Of a DNA stretch of 64,000 nucleotides, positions 1-10,821 are shown piece after piece; the first letter of the stretch is position 1; every line of letters begins with the position of its first letter. This DNA comes from Candidatus Buchananbacteria bacterium (GTDB lineage: Bacteria; Patescibacteriota; Patescibacteriia; 2-01-FULL-39-33). The DNA lies in assembly GCA_030650095.1 (NCBI GenBank), contig JAUSEE010000001.1, positions 8,199 through 72,198 on the forward strand, written 5' to 3'. Under the pieces are notes generated by a model that worked only from the letters and a program-made list of their open reading frames with translations, did not search any database and was not told the DNA's origin. Position numbers and translations under genes: made by a program.

Positions 1-816
1 ATCATTCTCATACGTCACGACAGAAAAAACTCTAGAAGCTGATTTAGAAACAAAAGGTCCAGTCCCGCGGTAATCACCAAGTTCTAATTTTTCGACTTTT
101 TTTATTTCTATTGATTTATTTAGATTCTTAGCCGCTTCTTCTATAAAATCTTGAGCTATTTTGGCAGACATACCAAACCCCATCTCATCGAACACTAAAA
201 TTTTATCACCATCTTTTAAATATTTTTTACAACTTTCTTCAATTTCTTCTTTGGTTTTTAAAACGAAGGGGTTTTCCTGAATCTTAGTATTAATAAATTT
301 TTTTAAATCATCAGTTTCATTAGGCCATACACCAAATTTTTCCATTGATTCTATTTCTGGTTCAGGATGACCTGTTTCGAGAGCATATTCATGATATATC
401 CTTTTTCTCCATTCCCAGTCTTTTTGTAACGCCCTTACTCCTTTAGGATTTACAGTAAGAAATAAGGGTTGTTTTTTATCAGGGAAAGCTGTTTTGTATG
501 CTTCTTTAAAAATTATTCCATAGGGAATTGATGAAGATTGGGTTAAAAATATCACGTCGAAATTTTCTCGATCTAAGTATTTAGTTAGATGTTTAAATGT
601 CCCAATATCTCTTTCTCCTTCCAACCACTTTTTTTCAAATTCATTTATTTTTCTAAAATGTAAAACATTTTCTTCAATTGACGGTTCTTCATTGTTATTA
701 GAATCAGGATTTTCTCCACTCGCCAACCCATCAAATCCCGCCTCATTTTCCGTTGGATACTCAAGTCCTTCGTTAAGATTTTCTTGATTGATTTTTGGTT
801 CTTCAAATCTTGGCAT
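1..816 (-). CDS. Hypothetical protein, C-terminal part only (N-terminus at 816, ORF runs off the left edge). It was missed by the ORF track because it is truncated.
   Basis: Open minus-strand frame from ATG (complement of 814-816) to the window start. Translation begins MPRFEEPKINQENLNEGLEYPTENEAGF...KKQPLFLTVNPKG...ILVFDEMGFG; no family recognised. Confidence 0.45.
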   Translation of the reverse strand, partial: MPRFEEPKINQENLNEGLEYPTENEAGFDGLASGENPDSNNNEEPSIEENVLHFRKINEFEKKWLEGERDIGTFKHLTKYLDRENFDVIFLTQSSSIPYGIIFKEAYKTAFPDKKQPLFLTVNPKGVRALQKDWEWRKRIYHEYALETGHPEPEIESMEKFGVWPNETDDLKKFINTKIQENPFVLKTKEEIEESCKKYLKDGDKILVFDEMGFGMSAKIAQDFIEEAAKNLNKSIEIKKVEKLELGDYRGTGPFVSKSASRVFSVVTYEND

Positions 817-820
817 ATTT

Positions 821-1033
821 TTATTTTATTAAATCATCGACAGAAACACCTAACCCTTTAGCAATCTTTGCCATAGTTTCAATCGTTGGATTCGGAGTTG
901 CCCCCGATTCTATTTTAATAATCACATTATAAGCAATATCAGCCCGCTTCGAAAGACCGTCTTGCGAAATACCCAATTTATCTCGGTATTTTTTAATATT
1001 TCTGGCTATTGTTGGCAATTCTTTTGGTTTCAT
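821..1033 (-). CDS. XRE-family helix-turn-helix transcriptional regulator (70 aa)
   Basis: ORF track. Short HTH protein with a typical XRE/Cro-like helix (IARNIKKYRDKLGISQDGLSKRADIAYNVIIKIESG). Divergently oriented to the recombinase. Confidence 0.7.
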   Translation of the reverse strand: MKPKELPTIARNIKKYRDKLGISQDGLSKRADIAYNVIIKIESGATPNPTIETMAKIAKGLGVSVDDLIK

Positions 1034-1132
1034 AGTATAATTATACTAGTATAGTAGTTAAATAAGTTTTACTACTATAACTTTATCAAAATTCGAGTAT
1101 TTTATCAATAATTTTTTAAAGCCCGCTTTTGG

Positions 1133-1367
1133 CCAAAATGAAGTTCGAGCCGATATTTTTTCCAGGTTCTTTGGCGGTTTTTAATCCGAAAGGGCGGGCG
1201 GATGGAGGGGTTGGGGGAGGAAATCCGCCCGATCATCAATTTTTGGGGGTGAAATCGGTTCGAATTTTTTTGTAAACACACCGCCAATCGGTATTTGCCC
1301 AGTTTTCGGGCAGAAGTTTCAGAATTCGCCAACCAGTTTTGGCCTGAAATTCAAATTTTTTGGCTTC
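1133..1367. repeat. Left inverted-repeat copies. 1281-1367 is the exact reverse complement of 2790-2876 (87 bp). 1133-1161 is the reverse complement of 2762-2790 (29 bp). A 119-bp GC-rich spacer separates them, and their order is non-colinear with the right copy.
   Basis: Direct base-by-base comparison of both strands. Confidence 0.85.
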
Positions 1368-1427
1368 TAATTCTTAAAGAATTGCCAAAAGCGGACTTTA
1401 AAAAATTATTAGTTTAATCTCAAATAT

Positions 1428-2939
1428 ATGAAGTATTTTATCTACGCTCGCAAGTCCACTGATAGCGAAGAACGGCAGATATTAAGCATTGAATCCCAGA
1501 TTGCTGAGTTATATGAATTTGCCGCCAAAGAAAAACTGGAAATCGCCGCTTCGCTGTGCGAAGCGAAAACCGCCAAAGAACCTGGCCGAACGGTGTTCGG
1601 GGAAATGCTGGATCGGATTTGCGCCGGTGAAGCCGGAGGAATTTTGGCTTGGCACCCGGACCGGCTCGCAAGAAATTCAATTGACGGAGGCAAAATCATT
1701 TATCTTTTGGACACAGGCCAGATCAAGGACTTAAAATTTCCCACCTTTTGGTTTGACAGCACTCCACAAGGGAAATTCATGATGAACATTGCCTTTGGCC
1801 AAAGCAAGTACTATATCGACAATCTTAGTGAGAATATACGGCGAGGTCATCGGGCTAAGCTAAGGAAAGGTATTTGGCCAATCTTTGCCCCGTTGGGCTA
1901 CCTGAATAACCAACAGACCAAAGGCATTGATCTTGACCGAGAAAGGGCGCCTTTGGTCAAGAAATGCTTTGAGTTGTACGCTACGGGCGAATATACCCTT
2001 AAAGCCCTAAGGGATGTAATCAGTCAAGCGGGGCTAAGAAGCTACCGAGGCAATGTTCTGGCGGTGGCCTGTGTCCAAAGAATGCTCAAAAACTCAATTT
2101 ACTACGGCCTTTTCAAGTTTAACGATGAAATGCACGAGGGAACGCATGAGCCGATTATTTCCAAGAAACTTTTTGATGAAGCTCAACAAGTGATGAATAA
2201 CCGAGGCAAGAAGAAAAGAAAACGAAAACACGAGTTTACTTTTTCTGGACTGATGAAATGCGGGAAGTGCGATTGCCTCATTACTGCTGAAAAACAAAAA
2301 GGCCACAATTATTATCGCTGTACCAAGAAAAAGCAAACCTGCGACGAAAAATATCTGCGGGAAGAATCACTTGTTGAACAGATGAAAGAAATTATTCAAA
2401 AAGTTTCCTTGCCAGACGATTGGGCAAAAAACATGCTCGCCGAGATTGAGCTGGAAAGAGAGCAGGCCAGAAAAGATGGCGAGGTTTTTGGGCAAAAGTT
2501 GGAAGTGAGAAAAACAGAAATCGAGCAAACTATGGAACGCCTGCTTGATTTGTTCATTGAAGGCAAAAATATTGAGCCAGAGGAGTATCACGCTAAAAAA
2601 CAAAAACTTCTCATTGAGAAGTGTGAGGTTAGTCAGCAAATCAAGGATTTTGCCCAAAAAGGAAATAATTGGCTCGAACCCATGAAAGAAATGATTCTAG
2701 CCAGCAGCCAAGCCAAAATTCTATTGTCGCGGGGCGACAATTCGCAAATCCGAGCATTTCTAAAAAATATCGGCTCGAACTTCATTTTGGAAGCCAAAAA
2801 ATTTGAATTTCAGGCCAAAACTGGTTGGCGAATTCTGAAACTTCTGCCCGAAAACTGGGCAAATACCGATTGGCGGAGAGTGAGGGATTTGAACCCTCGA
2901 TACCTTTCGGTATACACGCTTTCCAAGCGTGCGCACTAG
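1428..2939 (+). CDS. Large serine recombinase (resolvase/invertase catalytic domain, recombinase domain and C-terminal zinc ribbon). The true stop is uncertain because the track ORF reads through the tRNA-Ser on the opposite strand.
   Basis: N-terminal YARKSTDSEERQILSIESQ catalytic-serine motif; CGKCDCLITAEKQKGHNYYRC zinc-ribbon motif; 503 aa. The last 23 codons are the antisense of the tRNA. Confidence 0.85.
   Translation: MKYFIYARKSTDSEERQILSIESQIAELYEFAAKEKLEIAASLCEAKTAKEPGRTVFGEMLDRICAGEAGGILAWHPDRLARNSIDGGKIIYLLDTGQIKDLKFPTFWFDSTPQGKFMMNIAFGQSKYYIDNLSENIRRGHRAKLRKGIWPIFAPLGYLNNQQTKGIDLDRERAPLVKKCFELYATGEYTLKALRDVISQAGLRSYRGNVLAVACVQRMLKNSIYYGLFKFNDEMHEGTHEPIISKKLFDEAQQVMNNRGKKKRKRKHEFTFSGLMKCGKCDCLITAEKQKGHNYYRCTKKKQTCDEKYLREESLVEQMKEIIQKVSLPDDWAKNMLAEIELEREQARKDGEVFGQKLEVRKTEIEQTMERLLDLFIEGKNIEPEEYHAKKQKLLIEKCEVSQQIKDFAQKGNNWLEPMKEMILASSQAKILLSRGDNSQIRAFLKNIGSNFILEAKKFEFQAKTGWRILKLLPENWANTDWRRVRDLNPRYLSVYTLSKRAH
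2762..2876. repeat. Right copy of the inverted repeat (partners at 1281-1367 and 1133-1161). It covers the recombinase 3' end and 6 nt of the tRNA-Ser 3' terminus.
   Basis: Exact reverse-complement identity, checked by eye. Confidence 0.85.
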
Positions 2940-2959
2940 ACCAACTATGCGAACTCTCC
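2871..2959 (-). tRNA. tRNA-Ser (anticodon GGA), 89 nt, CCA encoded
   Basis: Minus-strand cloverleaf: acceptor GGAGAGT/ACTCTCC, anticodon stem-loop ACGC-TTGGAAA-GCGT, long variable arm, T-arm GAGGG-TTCAAAT-CCCTC, terminal GCCA. Confidence 0.8.
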
Positions 2960-3000
2960 AAATTATTGGCTAACCGATTGGTTAGCCATTTGTGCTTTTA

Positions 3001-3177
3001 TTAATATTCTTTCTTGTCTTGTCCCTTAAACGGGCCATTATGCTTGATTAATGGCTTCGAAATGTTCTTACTGCCGCACTTGGGACAAGTACGGGGAATA
3101 TTTTCGCCTTGATCACCTGCCGGTCCACTGGTGGTGCAATCAGTGCATTGCCAACTGGGGTTGTATTGGTATACCAT
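3001..3177 (-). CDS. Small zinc-ribbon protein (58 aa, CxxC...CxxC). Not in the ORF track because it is under 60 aa.
   Basis: Translation MVYQYNPSWQCTDCTTSGPAGDQGENIPRTCPKCGSKNISKPLIKHNGPFKGQDKKEY. Paralog of the next gene. Confidence 0.55.
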   Translation of the reverse strand: MVYQYNPSWQCTDCTTSGPAGDQGENIPRTCPKCGSKNISKPLIKHNGPFKGQDKKEY

Positions 3178-3223
3178 CTTTCGTACCTCGCTTGAGTTGG
3201 TGGATTGATAAACATTTTGGATT

Positions 3224-3391
3224 TTAGTACCTTTTCAAAGAATCTTCGTCAAAGGGACCGCCTTTTTTAAGCGGCGTACAAAGTATATTCTTACTGCCAC
3301 AATTGGGACACTTTGAAGGAGTTATTGTTTTGATAGATCCAGAATGATTACAATCCGTACAATACCAAAAAGGTTCTATTTTTTGTACCAT
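3224..3391 (-). CDS. Small zinc-ribbon protein (55 aa), paralog of 3001-3177
   Basis: Translation MVQKIEPFWYCTDCNHSGSIKTITPSKCPNCGSKNILCTPLKKGGPFDEDSLKRY. A strong Shine-Dalgarno sequence (AGGAGGTG) lies 8 nt upstream. Confidence 0.6.
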   Translation of the reverse strand: MVQKIEPFWYCTDCNHSGSIKTITPSKCPNCGSKNILCTPLKKGGPFDEDSLKRY

Positions 3392-3562
3392 GTCTTACAC
3401 CTCCTGTTTCTTGTTTGGGTTTCTTAAGACTAAACAAATTTTACCTAAAATAATCGATTTTGTCCACAAAAATAACTAATTTAGCCATTTATCACAACAA
3501 ATAATGAACCCGACCCCGCTCTAAAGAGCGGGGTATCCGGGCAGCAACATTATAAAAAACCA

Positions 3563-3589
3563 AAAAGCGGCCTCATCAGCCGCTTTTTT
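3563..3589 (-). terminator. Rho-independent terminator downstream of the thioredoxin-like gene
   Basis: aaaagcggc-ctcatcag-ccgcttttttt hairpin with a T-run in the minus-strand sense. Confidence 0.6.
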
Positions 3590-3598
3590 TATGAGAAA

Positions 3599-4195
3599 CT
3601 ATTTAATTATATCTTTAATTAAAGCTTCAAATTCTGATTTCTCAGCATTCAAATCATCTTGCTGTTCAAAGCCATTGCCTATTCTGGAATATTTACAGCC
3701 GAAAACAAAAGTTGGGATTGATCCGCCCGGATTGAATTCCCTGTAAATAGCCAAGTCTTTGGCGGGCACGACAGATTCCTTTTCGGGAGTTAGGGCATTA
3801 TCATTAATGTCTACTTCCCAGTGATACGCTACGATTTTTCCGGCCTCAACATATTTTTTAACCACTTCGTCAAAAGCGTCTTTTATCCACTGACAATGAG
3901 GGCACCAGGTTGTAGAAAACAAGTAAACAACCGGTTTGCCATCTTCCTTGCAGATTTCAGCTCCGGCTTTTTCCGAAAAAGTAGCTACTCCAGCCACATT
4001 AGCCGGGTTTTGAGCTGCTGGCTGAACTTGATTGTTCTGGCCCGTGGTATCCTGTTGTCCGGCCACTTGCGGATTGGTGTCATTTTTAGAAGTTAAGAAA
4101 AAAACACCTAGGATTATTAAACCGATAACGCTCACCGAGGCTATGCCGCCGAAAAGCCCTAAAAGAAATTGCTGATTTTTTGGATCTTCACTCAT
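3599..4195 (-). CDS. Membrane-anchored thioredoxin-fold thiol:disulfide oxidoreductase (TlpA/ResA-like)
   Basis: N-terminal transmembrane helix and a WCPHCQ active-site motif. Confidence 0.7.
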   Translation of the reverse strand: MSEDPKNQQFLLGLFGGIASVSVIGLIILGVFFLTSKNDTNPQVAGQQDTTGQNNQVQPAAQNPANVAGVATFSEKAGAEICKEDGKPVVYLFSTTWCPHCQWIKDAFDEVVKKYVEAGKIVAYHWEVDINDNALTPEKESVVPAKDLAIYREFNPGGSIPTFVFGCKYSRIGNGFEQQDDLNAEKSEFEALIKDIIK

Positions 4196-4229
4196 ATTTC
4201 TTATTTTATTTATTATTATTTTTTAATTA

Positions 4230-5690
4230 TTATTTTATATTTGGTTTTTGCTGGTGCCAATCAGTAGCCAATTGATACTGATAACCGGCCCGTAAAATAG
4301 TCTTTTCATCGAATCTTTTTCCCAGGAGCTGTACACCAACGGGTAAACCGCCGACTAAACCAGCCGGGATGGCTAAACCGCAAATGCCGGCTAAAGATGC
4401 CGGAATAGTGAAAACGTCGGCCAAGTATTCTTTAAGCGGATCAGACATATTCTCGCCCATTTTCCAGGCGAGCGCAGGCGACACTGGAGTAAGTATAACA
4501 TCAACATCAGAAAATGTCTTGTCGAAATCCTGTTTAACCAAAGTTCTAACCTGCATGGCTTTCTTGTAGTAAGCGTCATAATAGCCGGCCGAAAGCGCGT
4601 AAGTGCCGATCATTATTCTTCTTTTAACCTCATCCCCAAAACCGCTTGATTTAGTGTTTAAATAAATATCCAGCAAATCCTTGCCGTCCCTCTTAGACAG
4701 GCCGTATCTGATGCCGTCATATCTGGCCATATTAGAGCTCACCTCGCTGGGACAAATAATGTAATAAACGGCCACAGCCAAATCGGTGTGAGGCAAGCTT
4801 ACATCCACAACCTCCGCGCCCATGTCCTCAAATTTTTTAGCCGCCGCCAAAACAACATTCCTCACCTCTTCATCCAGGCCCTCGATAAAATATTCCTTGG
4901 GCAAGCCGATTTTCAAGCCTTTAACATCTTTTTTAATTTCTTTTAAGTAATCATCCACTTTTTCAGCCGGAGTCGTTGAATCTTTTTTATCATATCCGGC
5001 AATTTGTTGCAAGACAAAAGCCGCATCTGCCACATTTTTAGTTATAGGCCCGATAGTATCCAAAGAAGAAGTCATAGCCATGACGCCGTATCTGGAAACG
5101 CGTCCATAGGAAACTTTCAAGCCGGTCACGTTGCAAAATGAAGCCGGTTGGCGAATTGAGCCGCCGGTGTCTGTGCCGAGGGCGTAAATGCACATATCCG
5201 AAGCGGTGGCCGCCGCCGAACCGCTGGAACTGCCGCCGGGCACACGCTCTAAATCCCAAGGATTATGAGTGGGGAAAAAACCTGATTTTTCTCCGGAATT
5301 GCCCATGCCAAATTCGTCTAAATTGGCTTTACCGATTATTACTCCGTCACCTGTCCTGATTTTTTCTACTACCGTGGCATCATAGGGCGGAATATAATTT
5401 TCCAATATCTTGGAAGCGGCCGTAGACCTTAAATCTTTGGTGCAAAAAAGATCTTTCACCGCCACCGGTATGCCGGCCAGTGGCGACAATGGTGATTTGT
5501 TTTTAATTTTCTTATCAACTGCTTTGGCCTGAAGAATAGCTCCATCTTCATTTATGGTAATGAAAGCCTTGATTTGGCCATTGAAAGACTCTATCTGCTT
5601 TAAGCAACTTTTAGTTATTTCTTCGCTAGAAAACTTTTTATCCCTTAAGCCTTCAAAAGTTTCTAAAACAGTCAGTTTATTTAAATCCAT
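4230..5690 (-). CDS. gatA: Glu-tRNA(Gln)/Asp-tRNA(Asn) amidotransferase subunit A
   Basis: Amidase signature GGSSSGSAAA and GatA-like termini; follows gatC. Confidence 0.9.
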   Translation of the reverse strand: MDLNKLTVLETFEGLRDKKFSSEEITKSCLKQIESFNGQIKAFITINEDGAILQAKAVDKKIKNKSPLSPLAGIPVAVKDLFCTKDLRSTAASKILENYIPPYDATVVEKIRTGDGVIIGKANLDEFGMGNSGEKSGFFPTHNPWDLERVPGGSSSGSAAATASDMCIYALGTDTGGSIRQPASFCNVTGLKVSYGRVSRYGVMAMTSSLDTIGPITKNVADAAFVLQQIAGYDKKDSTTPAEKVDDYLKEIKKDVKGLKIGLPKEYFIEGLDEEVRNVVLAAAKKFEDMGAEVVDVSLPHTDLAVAVYYIICPSEVSSNMARYDGIRYGLSKRDGKDLLDIYLNTKSSGFGDEVKRRIMIGTYALSAGYYDAYYKKAMQVRTLVKQDFDKTFSDVDVILTPVSPALAWKMGENMSDPLKEYLADVFTIPASLAGICGLAIPAGLVGGLPVGVQLLGKRFDEKTILRAGYQYQLATDWHQQKPNIK

Positions 5691-5701
5691 ATAAATTATA
5701 A

Positions 5702-5986
5702 TTACAAAATCTTTGGCACTTTGATGTAGCCGTTGCTGTTTTGGAAAGAAGAGGCCACCAGTTCATCACTGATGCCCGATTCTTCAATTTTATCTTCGCG
5801 CATAATATTGGTTAAGCCTGTCACTTGTGAGGTTTCTTCCACGCCGGAAGTATCCACGGCTTGTAATTTTTCTACGTAATCCAAAATATCAGACAATTGC
5901 TGGCTGTACAATTTAGCCTCATCTTCGGACAGATTTAATCTGGCCAATTTGGCGATATGCTCAATTTCTGATTTAGATAGTTTCAT
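5702..5986 (-). CDS. gatC: Amidotransferase subunit C
   Basis: 94 aa, ...IAKLARLNLSEDEAKLYSQQLSDILDYVEKL, immediately upstream of gatA. Confidence 0.85.
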   Translation of the reverse strand: MKLSKSEIEHIAKLARLNLSEDEAKLYSQQLSDILDYVEKLQAVDTSGVEETSQVTGLTNIMREDKIEESGISDELVASSFQNSNGYIKVPKIL

Positions 5987-6108
5987 TGGAATTTTATGAT
6001 TAATAACCCGTGTTGAAAGCTCTTATTTTTAGCTATAAATCCAACGCCGTAAACTAAAAAGATTCTATCATTTATAGCGCCTTTTGGCAATGTGTTCATT
6101 TTAAACAT

Positions 6109-8100
<1,992 letters not shown>

Positions 8101-9000
8101 TTAATAGCCTTTGGTGATATCTTCTTGGGAGAATAAGACGAAACCGAAGAGTCCGGATGAAGGATCACGAGGCGGTATATTGGCATAAACGGCCTGCCGG
8201 CTGCCATGATAAGTGCCAACGGCTTTAATGGTTATGTTGGAAATTCCTTTTGGATTGTAACTGTTATTATAATTAACGCTGTTGCAACCACTCAAGCCTT
8301 TCTTTTCATCATAGGCGGTTACCACTAAATTATCAACAAAGTCGCCGCTGGTGCCCAAGACTTTCAGCTCCACCAAATAATCTCTGGCCGGCAAGGAATT
8401 GCCTTGGATGTCTTTATCTTTAAAATCAAAACAAACAGGATTATTAAGCTGGGTGCTGTCGCTTATTTCTATCTTATTAATATCGGTGTAATAAACCAAA
8501 GCGCCAGCTTCGCTCACCGGATTGATTTGAGTAAAAATAACCTGCAGCTTGGGAGAATTGACGCCCTTAAACCAAGCTATTTTTATGCTCTGGGAAGTAT
8601 TGGTGCCGCCGCTCCGGCCGATAAAATATAATTTTACGCTCTGGCCGTTATAAAGACGTTGCCTAAAAAAAGTAGATTCATAATCAGACGATTCCCCGAT
8701 AGTCCAATCACTTAGGCCGTCACCATCAAAGTCGCTGCTTTTATCAATAGCCGACAAAGAATCGGGCGCGCCGGAAAAATCGCCTATTTTCTCTTTGCCT
8801 CCATGCCTGAACAAATAAAGTGTTCTCTCTATGGCTGAATCAGCAAAATAATAAGAGACGACGGAATTATCGATTTCTTGGGCTTGGCGCAAATCCGATA
8901 TTATAAAAACTCCAAAACTTAAAGCAATGGAAAGCAGAATGGCCATGATCATTAGAGCCATTATCAGTATAACGCCTTTTTCGTTTTTGTTATTTAACAT
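8101..9000 (-). CDS. PilX-like type IV pilus minor component or assembly protein
   Basis: N-terminal KGVILIMALMIMAILLSIAL hydrophobic segment typical of the PilX N-domain; sits at the distal end of the pilin cluster. Confidence 0.5.
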   Translation of the reverse strand: MLNNKNEKGVILIMALMIMAILLSIALSFGVFIISDLRQAQEIDNSVVSYYFADSAIERTLYLFRHGGKEKIGDFSGAPDSLSAIDKSSDFDGDGLSDWTIGESSDYESTFFRQRLYNGQSVKLYFIGRSGGTNTSQSIKIAWFKGVNSPKLQVIFTQINPVSEAGALVYYTDINKIEISDSTQLNNPVCFDFKDKDIQGNSLPARDYLVELKVLGTSGDFVDNLVVTAYDEKKGLSGCNSVNYNNSYNPKGISNITIKAVGTYHGSRQAVYANIPPRDPSSGLFGFVLFSQEDITKGY

Positions 9001-9002
9001 AA

Positions 9003-9611
9003 TTATCTTTTGTAAACCCGGCTGGATATGGTGGTTTGAATGGTGATTTCCTTTTGAAACGCCGGATTGATGCTTTTATTTTTCAATTTAAGAAAAATTA
9101 TCACCCGAAGCTGGCTGTTGGTTATCGGCTCGGTGTTCCATTTATCTTCTTGGGTGGGAATAATATAAAATTTGGCATCTATAACTTCCACATCATCGGC
9201 GTTAAGATTAGCGGCTAGGCCGTTGACGCTGTATTCCAAATTATTGCCGCTGGTGGATTTAGTGATAGAAACATTATTACCCAATTCATCTTTTAAAAAT
9301 TGAATGTAATCTTGGGGCTGTGTTTGCTCAATGGGATATTCTATTTCTCTGGCTCTTATCTCTCTGGCTATTTTTTCTACCATGTAGCGTCCGTCATTTT
9401 GCAATCTTTGGTAATTGGCCGTATTCCTATGAAGGTTGTTAGCATTAAAATAAACAGCGGCAATTATAACCGAAGCAATGGCAAAAATGCCTATAACCAC
9501 CACCACCTCGGCTAGGCTAAAACCAAAGCGTTTGACGCCTAACTTATAACGCCTAACGCTAATATCTTTATTTTTTAATAATGCCTCGGAGCATTTTGCC
9601 AATTTTTTCAT
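9003..9611 (-). CDS. Prepilin-type minor pilin (pseudopilin)
   Basis: Class III signal G|FSLAEVVVVIGIFAI. Confidence 0.65.
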   Translation of the reverse strand: MKKLAKCSEALLKNKDISVRRYKLGVKRFGFSLAEVVVVIGIFAIASVIIAAVYFNANNLHRNTANYQRLQNDGRYMVEKIAREIRAREIEYPIEQTQPQDYIQFLKDELGNNVSITKSTSGNNLEYSVNGLAANLNADDVEVIDAKFYIIPTQEDKWNTEPITNSQLRVIIFLKLKNKSINPAFQKEITIQTTISSRVYKR

Positions 9612-9631
9612 TTTAATTTTTTACCTTTAAG

Positions 9632-10285
9632 CTATTTCCAATTAAAAAACCTTTCATTAACAAATGTCTGCCTGTTTTGACCATTAATACTCCAAGACAC
9701 AGTTGATTTTACATCCAACCCAACTTTCAATTCTGATTCCAAACAAACCGTATCTTTAACTGTAAAATCAACTGATAAATCATCACATTTCAAATCGCTG
9801 TTTACATCAGCGCAGCAAATATTTTTAATTTCAATAAAACGACGATAAATCGTCGGCTGCCCTAAATTGTCATGGCTGTACAAACCGGAAGTCGGATCTT
9901 GATAAATCTTCGCCTTATCATCACTAATATTATCAACATTGGCATAATCAATATAAACACTGTCGGAAAATATATTCTGAGCCACGCCGGTGCCGTCACC
10001 GCTTAAGCCGCTGTCCCAATTGCAAGGATCATAATCTATACCGTTATAAGAACAATTGTCATTATTATCTATATAAAGCCAATTGGAATCCCTGATGTTT
10101 TTAACTATTTCTACGCCCTCACGAGCTAAATTAATAGCTAAAACCCTGGCGCCTGATTCCTGTTCACCATTAAAATTAGAAATAAAAAGATTCCAGACGC
10201 TGAATAAGCCAACGGTGATTACCCCAATAGCCACCACCAGTTCCAATAAGCTTTGGCCATTTTGATTTTTATTTAAACAAGGCAT
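9632..10285 (-). CDS. Prepilin-type minor pilin
   Basis: G|QSLLELVVAIGVITVGL prepilin cleavage motif with glutamate at +5. Confidence 0.65.
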   Translation of the reverse strand: MPCLNKNQNGQSLLELVVAIGVITVGLFSVWNLFISNFNGEQESGARVLAINLAREGVEIVKNIRDSNWLYIDNNDNCSYNGIDYDPCNWDSGLSGDGTGVAQNIFSDSVYIDYANVDNISDDKAKIYQDPTSGLYSHDNLGQPTIYRRFIEIKNICCADVNSDLKCDDLSVDFTVKDTVCLESELKVGLDVKSTVSWSINGQNRQTFVNERFFNWK

Positions 10286-10295
10286 TATCTCGATT

Positions 10296-10817
10296 TTAAT
10301 TATTCAATATATCCATCCGGCCCGAAACGCTATTTATCCTTATCTTTTTGGAAATAGTTTGATCACCGGTGTGCTCCAGATTGATAGAAACTTCGCTCGC
10401 CCCAGACAGCACGTCATCAATATAAATCTTAATATCGCTTCTTGGCGGAGTAATTTCTACTCTTAAAACATTGCCGGTTATATCCACAATGGATTTATCA
10501 AGCGCCACATTGTCGATGTCAATAATTTCACCGGTGGCAGTTTTGGCTTTTAAATTATAAAAGCAATCAGTTAAGCAACTGTTTATTTCAAAAATATAAG
10601 CTATGGGCACTTCGCCTGAAGCCGCTTGTCCGGAAAGAGAAGACGTTTGCATTCTTTTTATGCCATCCAGTAGCAAACGGGCCTGGTTATCCATATCCCT
10701 GGCTTTTTCATTGCCGCGAAAATTAATAATTGTTAGGCTGGAAAAAATAGCAATAATGCCAATAACGATTATCATTTCGGCTAAAGTAAAGCCCGGCGAC
10801 ATTTTAGTTTTTTTCAT
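10296..10817 (-). CDS. Prepilin-type minor pilin
   Basis: G|FTLAEMIIVIGIIAI motif. Confidence 0.7.
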   Translation of the reverse strand: MKKTKMSPGFTLAEMIIVIGIIAIFSSLTIINFRGNEKARDMDNQARLLLDGIKRMQTSSLSGQAASGEVPIAYIFEINSCLTDCFYNLKAKTATGEIIDIDNVALDKSIVDITGNVLRVEITPPRSDIKIYIDDVLSGASEVSINLEHTGDQTISKKIRINSVSGRMDILNN

Positions 10818-10821
10818 AATT

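Larger units (their letters stand above)
821..2959. mobile_element. Integrative-element remnant (XRE regulator plus large serine recombinase) inserted at or abutting the 3' end of tRNA-Ser(GGA). The left boundary is unknown and may extend beyond the window start.
   Basis: Recombinase adjacent to the tRNA 3' end; divergent regulator; inverted repeats. Confidence 0.4.

Noticed and set aside
1105-1332. 75-aa minus-strand ORF
   Set aside because: It lies entirely within the inverted-repeat copy of the recombinase 3' end, in a different frame from the recombinase. It is a repeat artefact.
2871-2939. Recombinase ORF continuing through the tRNA-Ser
   Set aside because: The last 23 codons are just the antisense of the tRNA with no stop by chance, so the true C-terminus is unknown. 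It is kept as one CDS, with the caveat noted.
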